NCBI GenBank assembly: GCA_965602015.1
Contig: OZ271918.1
Location: 192,001-256,000, forward strand
Reading direction: 5' to 3'
DNA: 64,000 nt
Source: Salinispira sp.
GTDB lineage: Bacteria; Spirochaetota; Spirochaetia; DSM-27196; Salinispiraceae
The notes beneath the pieces are model-generated. The model ran no database searches and was not told the origin of the DNA. It was given only the letters and a program-made list of their open reading frames with translations. Of this stretch, positions 10,327 through 19,107 are shown piece by piece. Numbering within the stretch: the stretch's first letter is position 1; the number at the start of each line of letters is the position of its first letter. Made by a program: the position numbers and the translations under genes.

Positions 10327-11880
10327 ATGGCTTTTACACTTATTGCTCTCACGCTCTTTGGGGCTGTCATCGTGTTTATGGCGGCCTACGGTTACCGAAT
10401 CAGCGCCAAAACTGCCGAAGACTTTATGCTCGGCGGTCGAACCATCGGCGTCGTCGTTATGTTCTTTTTTGTACTCTTTGCGATTTCTTCAGCCTGGACC
10501 TTCTACGGATTTCCTGGTCTTCTGTATACCCAGGGACCAGGATACGTTATGTTTATCTGGGGTTCGGTAGTCGGTTTTGCCGGGCTCTATATGTTTCTTG
10601 GTCCCCGGCTGTGGGCATTGGCCAAGATAAACCGTTTTCTCTCTCCGGTTGAAGTTTTAGGTGAGCGCTATCAGTCCAAGACCCTTCGGCTCATCCTCTC
10701 TTTGAGTATTCTCGCATTCATCGTCCCCTACGTCGGCATTCAGCCCTTGGGTGTTGGAGCGGGATTCGAAGCCCTCACCGGCCTGCCTGCAGTCTGGGGT
10801 GCAGTTTATACCGCCGTCATATTAATTGTGCTGGTAATGCTTGGCGGGATGCGCATTGTGGCATGGGTTAATATCTTTCTGGGAGTCATTTACATGACTG
10901 CACTTTTGGGGAGCCTGCTATGGGCGGTAAACGTCCTGTTCCCCGACGGTGGTCTTGCCCAGGCGGCGAGCATCGTCGCCCAAACGCGACCTGAACTGCT
11001 TTCGGACCCTGGCCCTGCGGGTGCCTACACGCCGGTTGTCCTCGGAGGCACCTTCGTCGTCGGGATTCTGGCGTTCAGCTGGCCCCATGTGGCTATCGGC
11101 TGTATGACTGCCCGGGACAAGAGCCTGTTCAAGTGGTTCCCCCTGCTGATCTTTGTGTTTGGAGGCCTGTTCTTCTATATTCTTCCCTTTATTTGGGGAT
11201 CCTTGGTTGCTCCCGCGGCGATGCCCCTGGAGGAATTGCAGGCCCTGGCCAATAGCAACGGGGTTTCCCTTCAAACAGAGGCTGACCGGGTGGTTCAGAC
11301 GGTTATCAGCCGCACTCTGCCAGAATGGTTCGGCGTGTTTGTTCTGCTCGGAGTAATCGCCGCTGCGGTAAGCACCGCTGCCGTACAGCTGATGACCTCA
11401 AGCGTCATTGTCAGCCGGGACGTCATTCAGGGACTATTTAAACCCGATGCCAGTGACAAGCAGATTACCACCTGGGCCCGCTGGGCGGTTATCGGGGTTG
11501 TTGTCTTGAGCCTGATCGTCAGCTTTTTAAACCAGGGAGCCATGGCCCTCTACCTTACCGACGTGAGCGTTCCGGGATTCGCCCAGTGGGCGCCGGCCCT
11601 TGTCGGTGGGCTTCTGTGGAAACGGGGTACCAAGCAGGGAGCCATCGCGGGAACCCTTGCCGGCGTTATCTACCTGGTCCTCAGTCTGGTTATTGTCGTT
11701 AACGGCGAACGGCCTTTGGTAATCGGGCACCCGGTTATTCCCAGTCTCCTGGTGAATACCCTGGTGTACATTTTCACCAGCCTCTTTACCCGTCGGCCAA
11801 GCGAAGATATTGAATCTCAGTTCTTTGATGAAGTCGACGCCTATCTCAAGGCCGAATCAGCCGGCAAAGCGAATTCTTAG
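10327..11880 (+). CDS. Sodium:solute symporter family protein
   Basis: EDFMLGGR, SAWTFYGFPG, ERYQS, AAAVSTAA..L..S..VSRD motifs; many TM segments; GGAGG RBS. Confidence 0.9.
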   Translation: MAFTLIALTLFGAVIVFMAAYGYRISAKTAEDFMLGGRTIGVVVMFFFVLFAISSAWTFYGFPGLLYTQGPGYVMFIWGSVVGFAGLYMFLGPRLWALAKINRFLSPVEVLGERYQSKTLRLILSLSILAFIVPYVGIQPLGVGAGFEALTGLPAVWGAVYTAVILIVLVMLGGMRIVAWVNIFLGVIYMTALLGSLLWAVNVLFPDGGLAQAASIVAQTRPELLSDPGPAGAYTPVVLGGTFVVGILAFSWPHVAIGCMTARDKSLFKWFPLLIFVFGGLFFYILPFIWGSLVAPAAMPLEELQALANSNGVSLQTEADRVVQTVISRTLPEWFGVFVLLGVIAAAVSTAAVQLMTSSVIVSRDVIQGLFKPDASDKQITTWARWAVIGVVVLSLIVSFLNQGAMALYLTDVSVPGFAQWAPALVGGLLWKRGTKQGAIAGTLAGVIYLVLSLVIVVNGERPLVIGHPVIPSLLVNTLVYIFTSLFTRRPSEDIESQFFDEVDAYLKAESAGKANS

Positions 11881-11889
11881 GAGTGTGTT

Positions 11890-13398
11890 GTGAGCGAAAC
11901 GAGTAAAAAGCGCTGGAGGCTGATTTATAATCCAGAAGGGGATGTGTACGACGTCCCCAGCTACGGCGCCTCGGTAGCCGAGGGCCGCATTGCGGGAAAG
12001 TATCAACTTTCCAACACCCTGGTCCCCGACACCGTAGTGCTTCAGGCTGTAAAGCGGCCGGGAATTGTCGCCGGAGCTGATGTTACCGTCGACCGTTCCC
12101 AGGCCGAGCGCTACGGCATCGAGATCGCCCGGCTCCCGCGAAGCGGCCGCAACGGAGCCAAATCGGTGGGAACCATTCAACTCAGCGACCTCATGGCTAA
12201 ATCATCGAAAAAGTTTGAGGCCGAGGAAACCCGGCCCGATGATCCGGCAGTCCTGATTTACACCTCCGGCACTACCGGCTTGCCCAAAGGCGCGATGCTG
12301 ACTCACAGGAACTTTCATTTCCAGTGCAGCACCATTGTCACATCGCTGCTCGACTTTAAGTCCAGCGACCGGGTAATCGGAACCTTGCCGCTGTATCACA
12401 TTTTCGGCTTGGCGAACTCCATGATTTCTGCTGTCTTTTTTGGCGCAAGCCTGGTGATGATTCCCCGCTACTCTCCGCAGATACTTCTGGAGACAATAGA
12501 CAAACACAAGGCGACAATACTTCCGGCGGTTCCCACCATGTATCAGCATCTCATGTTGGCCGCCCGGATGGCGCGCAACAAATCTGTGGTGCCCAAGAGC
12601 CTTAACCACTGTATTTCCGGAGGCGCGCCGTTGAGTCAGCGCCTGTACGAAGATTTTGGCAAAACGTTTAATACGAACATCATGGAAGGCTACGGCCTCA
12701 CCGAGTCCACCTCTGCGGTGGCGGCCAACGGGGTAAACGGTGAATACCGCGACGGGTCTATCGGCAGACCGGGGAATGGCGTCGAAATGAAGATTTTCGA
12801 TGACAACGGCGAGGAAGTAGCCGCCGGAACCGAAGGGGAAATCGCCATCCGGTCCACCACTATTTTCAAGGGATACTGGAACAACGCCGAAGCGACCAGT
12901 CAGGTGCTGAGAAAAGACGGTTGGCTTCTTACCGGTGATCTTGGCTATGTCGATAAGGACGGCTTCTTTTTTATCACCGACCGCAAAAAGGACATCATCA
13001 TCCGCAGCGGTTATAACATCAGCCCGAGGGAGATCGAAGAGGTTCTGGATCTCCATGAAAACGTCCTGGAATCCGCGGTTATTTCCCGCAAAAGCGCAAA
13101 GGGCGACGAAGTGGTTGTGGCCTTTATCGTCCCCAGAAACATCCCCGAAGAGTTCGGCAGCGAAGCCTCGGACATCGACCCCGAAGCCCTTCACAACAGC
13201 GACTACGCCAGCAAAATGATCGGTGAAATGAGGGATTATGCGGATACCGGTCTTGCGCTGTACAAACAGCCCCAGGAGTACCGCATAGTGCCGAGTCTCC
13301 CCAAAACCGCAACCGGAAAGGTGCTCAGACGGGAGCTCCGTCAGAATGTGGAGGATGCGCGGCTTATTGCGAAGAGGAAGGAACATGTTCAAAGCTAA
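11890..13398 (+). CDS. Chimeric protein: LplA/LipM-like N-terminal segment (aa 1-86) fused to an acyl-CoA synthetase lacking its N-terminal subdomain
   Basis: YTSGTTGLPKG, LPLYHIFG, EGYGLTES, TGDLG, DRKKD and PKTATGK motifs; N-terminus WRLI...PDTVVL...VDRSQAERYGIEIARLPRSG resembles the start of lipoate ligases. Confidence 0.8.
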   Translation: MSETSKKRWRLIYNPEGDVYDVPSYGASVAEGRIAGKYQLSNTLVPDTVVLQAVKRPGIVAGADVTVDRSQAERYGIEIARLPRSGRNGAKSVGTIQLSDLMAKSSKKFEAEETRPDDPAVLIYTSGTTGLPKGAMLTHRNFHFQCSTIVTSLLDFKSSDRVIGTLPLYHIFGLANSMISAVFFGASLVMIPRYSPQILLETIDKHKATILPAVPTMYQHLMLAARMARNKSVVPKSLNHCISGGAPLSQRLYEDFGKTFNTNIMEGYGLTESTSAVAANGVNGEYRDGSIGRPGNGVEMKIFDDNGEEVAAGTEGEIAIRSTTIFKGYWNNAEATSQVLRKDGWLLTGDLGYVDKDGFFFITDRKKDIIIRSGYNISPREIEEVLDLHENVLESAVISRKSAKGDEVVVAFIVPRNIPEEFGSEASDIDPEALHNSDYASKMIGEMRDYADTGLALYKQPQEYRIVPSLPKTATGKVLRRELRQNVEDARLIAKRKEHVQS

Positions 13399-14326
13399 GC
13401 TATTCGGAAAGAACGAGCCCGATGTCCAGGAGCTGCCTATCGGACTCGGGAAAATGTTTGAAACCATCAGCACCCAGTTTAAACGCAAGGAAGCCATTCG
13501 ATACGAAAATCAGGTAATGAGCTACCAGGAAGCCGATGAACAGGCTAGCCGGGTCGCCGGCGGATTAAAATCCCTGGGAATCGGTCCAGGAGACAGGGTG
13601 GCAATAATGCTCCCCAACATTCCTGAGTTCTACTACAGTTTTTTCGGCATACAAAAACTCGGTGCCGTTGCAGTGCCGTTTAACACCATGTACAAGGGCC
13701 GGGAGATTACCCATATCCTTCAGGACAGCGGCGCACGGGCGGTCATCTGCCTTTCCAATTTCGCCAGTCTCATACAGGAAATTCAGCGGGACTGCCCCGA
13801 TCTTGAAAATGTCATCATTACGGGACAGCGCACCTTCGTCTACGTCGATCCCGGCTCCTCGGTGAACATTCAGATGGTTTTCGAAAAATCGAGGTTTGAA
13901 AATTTTGACGCAGCCTACCACGCCATCGGCGATGTGCTGGTGAAGACCTTTCACAGTCTCGGTGTTGTAGAAGCCTGGTACAGCCACATCGGAGCAATCC
14001 GGGCAAGCGGAAAAAAGCTCGGCACCATATTGTTGAATGAAATCGAAAACCTCTACGTGGCAAACATCGTTACCTTCCTGAAGGACATGGATAACGGACC
14101 ACTGTTCAAGGTCCTGTACATCCCTCCGGAGTTAAAAGAACGGGCGCTGGAACCCATGACGAGCATTCGGACCGAGATCGGTTCGCAGGTCAGCCTTGAA
14201 GAGTTCAAGGATGTCCTCGTCAGAAAACTCAGCGATGCTTTCGAGATCCAGTTCGATGAAGGTGGACTGACCAGGGACGAGCTCATCGCCTATGAAAAGA
14301 ACCGGGCATTGGCCGGACGGGTATGA
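13385..14326 (+). CDS. Chimeric protein: acyl-CoA synthetase N-terminal subdomain (to about aa 147) fused to an LplA/LipM-like C-terminal half
   Basis: SY.E.DE.ASRVAGGL..LGIGPGDRVAIMLPN.PEF...FFG..KLGAVAVP.N, then VYVDPG...LGV.EA...I..SGKKLG...MTSI..E.G..V..EE...GGLT.DEL; ATG at 13385 after GAGGAAGG. Confidence 0.75.
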   Translation: MFKAKLFGKNEPDVQELPIGLGKMFETISTQFKRKEAIRYENQVMSYQEADEQASRVAGGLKSLGIGPGDRVAIMLPNIPEFYYSFFGIQKLGAVAVPFNTMYKGREITHILQDSGARAVICLSNFASLIQEIQRDCPDLENVIITGQRTFVYVDPGSSVNIQMVFEKSRFENFDAAYHAIGDVLVKTFHSLGVVEAWYSHIGAIRASGKKLGTILLNEIENLYVANIVTFLKDMDNGPLFKVLYIPPELKERALEPMTSIRTEIGSQVSLEEFKDVLVRKLSDAFEIQFDEGGLTRDELIAYEKNRALAGRV

Positions 14327-14480
14327 TTTTACGGCGGTTCAGCGCCTAATATATGGAAATGAAGGCAGAGTGAATATATACTAACAGTAGCGAAGGCGGT
14401 TAACTGCGCTTAACTGACTGTGCTGCTCATCACAACATGTCATGCCCCGGTCCTCCGCAATTATTCTGGAGGCATGTACC

Positions 14481-16940
14481 ATGAAAACACTCTACCAAAT
14501 CTCGCGGGCGGCTATTCTGCTGCCCCTCATTTTCACCCTGGCTGCCTGTGATTTTTTTCCCGGTCCCTTTGGGGATGAGGCTGAAATTCATTTGTTTCAC
14601 GGTGACCGGGAAATCCTCGGCAACGACACTTTGGATTTCGGTACTGTCGGGGAGTCCGAAGTTAGCCGGCTTGTCCTGACTATACGAAATCTCGGGGAAG
14701 CCGAGCTACGCTTTACCGCGGCTCCGGAGATCAGCGGCAGCGATGCCCTGCAATTCGAAATCATCGAGGCACCGGCCTCGACCGTTGCGCCTCGGTCGAG
14801 CGGCAGCCTCAGCATAGAATTTCACCCAACGGACGCCGGTCAGATGAGCGCCGTGTGCACCCTTTATTGTAACGACCCTGTTCTGAACATATTCAGCTTT
14901 ACGTTAACCGGAAGCATGGAAGCATCAACATCGGGTGCGCCGAATCTATCAGTGAGTTCCGGCAGCGGCACGCTGTTTTCCAGCGGTGATGAAATCGATT
15001 TCGGAACCGTTACAACGGCGAACAGCACAGTCGGGTATAATCTTATTTTGGCTAACGACGGTAATGCTGATCTTAATCTCGACGGGGATATCATTATTTC
15101 CGGGGTCGATGCCGGACAGTTCGGCGTTGCCGCTCAACCGTCGGAAGCTCTCATCGCTTCGGGGGAATCGATAGATTTGATTGTGAACTACGCCCCGACG
15201 GCCGCTGGTGAGGCGCTGGCCACGGCCACCATCAGCAGCAATGATCCCGACACTCCTGATTTTGTCCTGCAGCTTCGGGGAAACTATACGCCCCCGGATC
15301 CTGTGCCTGAAATCCGGGTGGGTATTGGCGCGACGGTACTCTCCGACGGTGATACGGTTTTTTTCGGCGAAATTACCGATGACTCGAGTTCCGCAAGAGT
15401 TTTCCGCATAGAGAACCTGGGAACCGGCGATCTGGCATTATTCGGCGTTGGCATAGACGGGGACGCCTACAATGAGTTCTCACTTACCGCGGCTCCTCCT
15501 GCCAGCATACTTCCGGGCGAATGGGCTGATGTCGAGGTCATATATGATCCGGCGGAGCCCGGGGAGTCTTTGGCCGCGCTGAATATCACAAGCGATGACG
15601 CCGATGAGGGAAGCGTTTCCTTGATACTCCGGGGTGTATACTCGCCGCCGGCCCAGCTTTTCTACGTGGAATTCGACAGCCTTGGAGACGACTCTTTTAT
15701 CCTCGCTGCGGATATCGCCGCAAACGGAGATATCTACATGGCGGGGCGAACCTATGTCACCGCCGATCATGCTGACATATTCGTCGCGAAAGTCTCCTCC
15801 GATGGAGTTCCCGATGCCGGCTTCGGCAGCGGCGGATTTTTTATCTTTCCCGGCAGCGCCGATAAACTGGACAGCGTGCGCAGCATCGAGCTGATAGAGA
15901 GCGCCGGTGTGGTACAGAAAATCCTCCTCGGAGCATACACCTACCTGGGAACATCATCGACATACAACGATTCCACGGTCATTCAGCTAAACGCCGACGG
16001 AACTCTCGACACAGCCTTCGGCGGCGGAGACGGATACTATCTGGTAGATAACCCAACCAGGCCATCCAGCGGGTTTATCTGCCGCGATCCTTCCACCGGA
16101 AACATCTATGTGCCCTACGGCGAAGTTGGCGGAACATTTAATGCCAGAATCATCCGCCTGAACTCTTCAGGCGCCCTGGACAATAGCTTCAACGGAAGCG
16201 GATATCTTGATATTGACGCCTACGGCTGGACAGACTATTCACGATGGTTTTATTGCTACGGAGGAATGCTGTACTATCCGGTCTATTCATACGTCTACGG
16301 CAACAATGACAAGGCCTACGGGGGCATTCTTCGCTACAACCTTGACGGCAGTCTGGATACGAGCTTTGGGGAAACCAACGCCGGGGCAACGAACTACGGA
16401 GCCACCAACTCCGGCAAGCAGGGCTGGGCCATGTGGCCGCCGTATAACGACGTTGCCAGCGGTCAATGGGAAGACGCATCCAGTTATATCGCATTCGGAG
16501 CGGACGGTACCCTCTACCTCACCGGCCGGGACGCTCTTTCGAACAACGGGGCGACTCAGCGGGGCTATGTGGTGAAATTCAGCAATGACGGCGTCTTGGA
16601 CAGCTCATACGGTACCGGCGGAGCCTATTATGACACCGGCGGAACCGGAAGCGACAACGCTTCCACCCACTACCTTTGCATCGACTCCCTGGGAAACGCA
16701 TATGTGAGAGGGGCGGACTACAATCTTGATCCCCGGGATGACTATATTTTCAAACTGGATGCCAATGGAGATTTGGATACGACCTTCGCCGGCGACGGAT
16801 ATCTTCGCAACAGCGAGCGGAATTTTAATCACGGAACGCCGGTGTATGTGGATGATGATCACATCCTCATTCTCGGTCGCAACGAACTTACAGGAAAGCC
16901 CGCGGCATATATGATCGATGCCCAGGGAAATCCGAAATAA
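14481..16940 (+). CDS. Surface lipoprotein with three Ig-like (choice-of-anchor D/ASH-like) domains and delta-60-like repeats
   Basis: Lipobox LAA-C; three repeats of (D/F)FG.V...(I/L).N.G...L...I.G.D...F...P; repeated (L/Y)N.DG.LD..FG motif. Confidence 0.75.
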   Translation: MKTLYQISRAAILLPLIFTLAACDFFPGPFGDEAEIHLFHGDREILGNDTLDFGTVGESEVSRLVLTIRNLGEAELRFTAAPEISGSDALQFEIIEAPASTVAPRSSGSLSIEFHPTDAGQMSAVCTLYCNDPVLNIFSFTLTGSMEASTSGAPNLSVSSGSGTLFSSGDEIDFGTVTTANSTVGYNLILANDGNADLNLDGDIIISGVDAGQFGVAAQPSEALIASGESIDLIVNYAPTAAGEALATATISSNDPDTPDFVLQLRGNYTPPDPVPEIRVGIGATVLSDGDTVFFGEITDDSSSARVFRIENLGTGDLALFGVGIDGDAYNEFSLTAAPPASILPGEWADVEVIYDPAEPGESLAALNITSDDADEGSVSLILRGVYSPPAQLFYVEFDSLGDDSFILAADIAANGDIYMAGRTYVTADHADIFVAKVSSDGVPDAGFGSGGFFIFPGSADKLDSVRSIELIESAGVVQKILLGAYTYLGTSSTYNDSTVIQLNADGTLDTAFGGGDGYYLVDNPTRPSSGFICRDPSTGNIYVPYGEVGGTFNARIIRLNSSGALDNSFNGSGYLDIDAYGWTDYSRWFYCYGGMLYYPVYSYVYGNNDKAYGGILRYNLDGSLDTSFGETNAGATNYGATNSGKQGWAMWPPYNDVASGQWEDASSYIAFGADGTLYLTGRDALSNNGATQRGYVVKFSNDGVLDSSYGTGGAYYDTGGTGSDNASTHYLCIDSLGNAYVRGADYNLDPRDDYIFKLDANGDLDTTFAGDGYLRNSERNFNHGTPVYVDDDHILILGRNELTGKPAAYMIDAQGNPK

Positions 16941-16984
16941 GGTATGATGCTGATCTGACAGCTATGTTTCCGCACGTCTCACAG

Positions 16985-17011
16985 GCGGCGCCGCAGGGCG
17001 CCGCTTTTTTT
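16985..17011 (+). terminator. Rho-independent terminator
   Basis: GCGGCGCC-gcag-GGCGCCGC followed by T7. Confidence 0.85.
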
Positions 17012-17053
17012 ACATAGCGATAGCTTCAACAAGCTTTGGGGTACTTATGTTGA

Positions 17054-17082
17054 TTGCCCGTAAGGTTTCACCATCCTATACT
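17054..17082 (+). promoter_or_regulatory. sigma70-type promoter, probably leaderless
   Basis: TTGCCC-N17-TATACT, 6 nt before the ATG at 17089. Confidence 0.6.
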
Positions 17083-17088
17083 GTTTCT

Positions 17089-17634
17089 ATGAGTAGAATA
17101 TCCAACGCAGCAAGCATACTTCCCTATGGCGATATGATCCCCCGGATTCCCGAGGACGTTTTTGTTGCCGACGGGGCGAGAATAATCGGCGATGTTGAAA
17201 TCGGACCGCTTTCAAGCATCTGGTACAATACAGTGATACGGGGCGACGTTCATTTTATCAGATTAGGGGCGAGAACGAATATTCAGGACAACTCGATGCT
17301 TCATGTCACCCACGACACGGCGCCGCTGAATATCGGAGAAGGGGTTACCGTCGGCCACAGTGTTACCCTGCACGGATGCACCGTTGAGGATCACTGCCTT
17401 ATCGGAATCGGAGCTATAGTGCTGGATCACGCACGGGTTTCCTCAGAGTCCTTTGTTGCCGCAGGGGCGGTGGTCACCCCGGGGTTTACCGTTCCATCGG
17501 GTACGCTGGTTGCCGGAGTTCCTGCGAAGATCGTCAGAGATCTGCGTCCGGAAGAAGTTGCCGATTTACACGCCAGCGCAGAACGCTATGTAGCGTATGC
17601 CCAAAAAACCTGGGCCTCGCTAAAAAACAGCTAG
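17089..17634 (+). CDS. Gamma-carbonic anhydrase family (hexapeptide repeat) protein
   Basis: IIGDV.IG..SSIWYN.VIRGD, NIQDNSMLH, VGHSVTLHGC. Confidence 0.9.
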   Translation: MSRISNAASILPYGDMIPRIPEDVFVADGARIIGDVEIGPLSSIWYNTVIRGDVHFIRLGARTNIQDNSMLHVTHDTAPLNIGEGVTVGHSVTLHGCTVEDHCLIGIGAIVLDHARVSSESFVAAGAVVTPGFTVPSGTLVAGVPAKIVRDLRPEEVADLHASAERYVAYAQKTWASLKNS

Positions 17635-17650
17635 ACTTTTTTCAAACAAC

Positions 17651-17679
17651 TAGACATAATAATTCCCGGGAGCTATACT
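17651..17679 (+). promoter_or_regulatory. sigma70-type promoter for the DNA methyltransferase
   Basis: TAGACA-N17-TATACT. Confidence 0.55.
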
Positions 17680-17753
17680 GTTCTCCATACCGCAGATGAG
17701 GTGCCGGTGCTGTACCGGGGCCACTGTCGGGACGGAAGCCAGGACCAAATCAG

Positions 17754-18860
17754 ATGATTGACGCCACAGAACATATCGTCCGCAATGACAGTTCGCTGAC
17801 CATGACGGACCTGGGTGACGGCAGCATTGATTTGGTGGTCACTTCACCGCCCTATCCCATGATTCAGATGTGGGATGAACAGTTCGCCGGATTCGATAGC
17901 GATATCGACGAACTTGTTGAACGGAACCAAGGTTCGGAAGCATTTGAGCGAATGCACGCAGTGCTCGACTCAGTCTGGGAGGAATGCTTCCGTGTCCTGA
18001 TTCCCGGGGGAATCATCGCTATTAATGTTGGAGATGCGACGCGCAAACTGGGAGCGCATTTCCAGCTGTACCACAATCAAAGCAGAATCGTCCAAACCTT
18101 GCGCGGTTTGGGATTTCATATTCTGCCCCAAATTATCTGGCGCAAACCGACAAATGCGCCGAACAAGTTCATGGGGAGCGGCATGCTGCCCGGCGGCGCG
18201 TACGTAACCCTGGAGCACGAGCACATCATTCTCGCCCGAAAGGGAGGAAACCGACGGTTTTCAACCACCGGAGCAAAAGAGCTTCGCCGCCGTTCCGCCT
18301 TTTTCTGGGAGGAGCGAAATGCCTGGTTCTCCGACCTGTGGGAAATTCGCGGCGCCCGTCAGCACCTGAGCATTCCAAAATTTCGAAGCGACAAATTGTT
18401 CATGCGCACCAGATCGGCTGCCTTTCCCCTTGAAATTCCCCTCCGCCTGATTCAGATGTTCAGCATGCAGGGCGACAGGGTTCTCGATCCGTTTCTGGGA
18501 ACCGGTACAACCAGCCTTGCGGCCATCTCGGCGGCCCGATCCTCAGTCGGATACGAGGTGGATCCCCGGGTTCTGGCAAATATCGAAGAGGATTTTGTGG
18601 GATCCAGGGATTATCTGCTGGGACTTCAGTTTCAGCGTCTTCAGGAGCATCTGAGCTTTGTCCAGAAACGCCTGGCGGAAGGGAAGGAACTAAAACACCG
18701 AAATGAATACTACCGCTTTCCGGTTATGACCAGTCAGGAGCGCAAGCTTATTATTCCCATGGTTTCGGGCATCTCTCCCGCCGTGAAGCGTAATAATCGG
18801 AATGACGTGATTTTCCGGGCAGCCCATGAAGCCGCCCTCGATTCCATCATGACCGACTAG
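17754..18860 (+). CDS. Site-specific DNA methyltransferase, beta class (probably N4-cytosine)
   Basis: Motif IV DLVVTSPPY precedes motif I VLDPFLGTGTT. Confidence 0.85.
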   Translation: MIDATEHIVRNDSSLTMTDLGDGSIDLVVTSPPYPMIQMWDEQFAGFDSDIDELVERNQGSEAFERMHAVLDSVWEECFRVLIPGGIIAINVGDATRKLGAHFQLYHNQSRIVQTLRGLGFHILPQIIWRKPTNAPNKFMGSGMLPGGAYVTLEHEHIILARKGGNRRFSTTGAKELRRRSAFFWEERNAWFSDLWEIRGARQHLSIPKFRSDKLFMRTRSAAFPLEIPLRLIQMFSMQGDRVLDPFLGTGTTSLAAISAARSSVGYEVDPRVLANIEEDFVGSRDYLLGLQFQRLQEHLSFVQKRLAEGKELKHRNEYYRFPVMTSQERKLIIPMVSGISPAVKRNNRNDVIFRAAHEAALDSIMTD

Positions 18861-18876
18861 TCTATTCCATTCTATA

Positions 18877-19022
18877 GTGCCCCCAAAACAGCTGATTTAA
18901 ACTCCCTAATTATTGCTCTTGCAAAAATGTACAAGCGAACCGACATATGAACGTCCCGCTCATTACACTATTTCTTTACATGATAGTATTTGCACCATCC
19001 CCATCAGCTGTTTTGGGGGCAC
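18877..19022. repeat. 146-bp REPIN/MITE-like element (repeat copies 4 and 5 as terminal inverted repeats)
   Basis: TA|GTGCCCCCAAAACAGCTGAT...ATCAGCTGTTTTGGGGGCAC|TA with an AT-rich interior. Confidence 0.8.
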
Positions 19023-19107
19023 TAAGATTTCATTCGCATTTTTTTTGGCAATGCCGGCATTCTTAGAATATGTGCCAGCTTATCGAATCCAGGAAACGGC
19101 TTCCGAA

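Noticed and set aside
12120..13850. An excisable element or intein explaining the swapped genes
   Set aside because: No direct repeat longer than a few bases at the two junctions, no adjacent recombinase, and no intein (C/S...HN) motifs.
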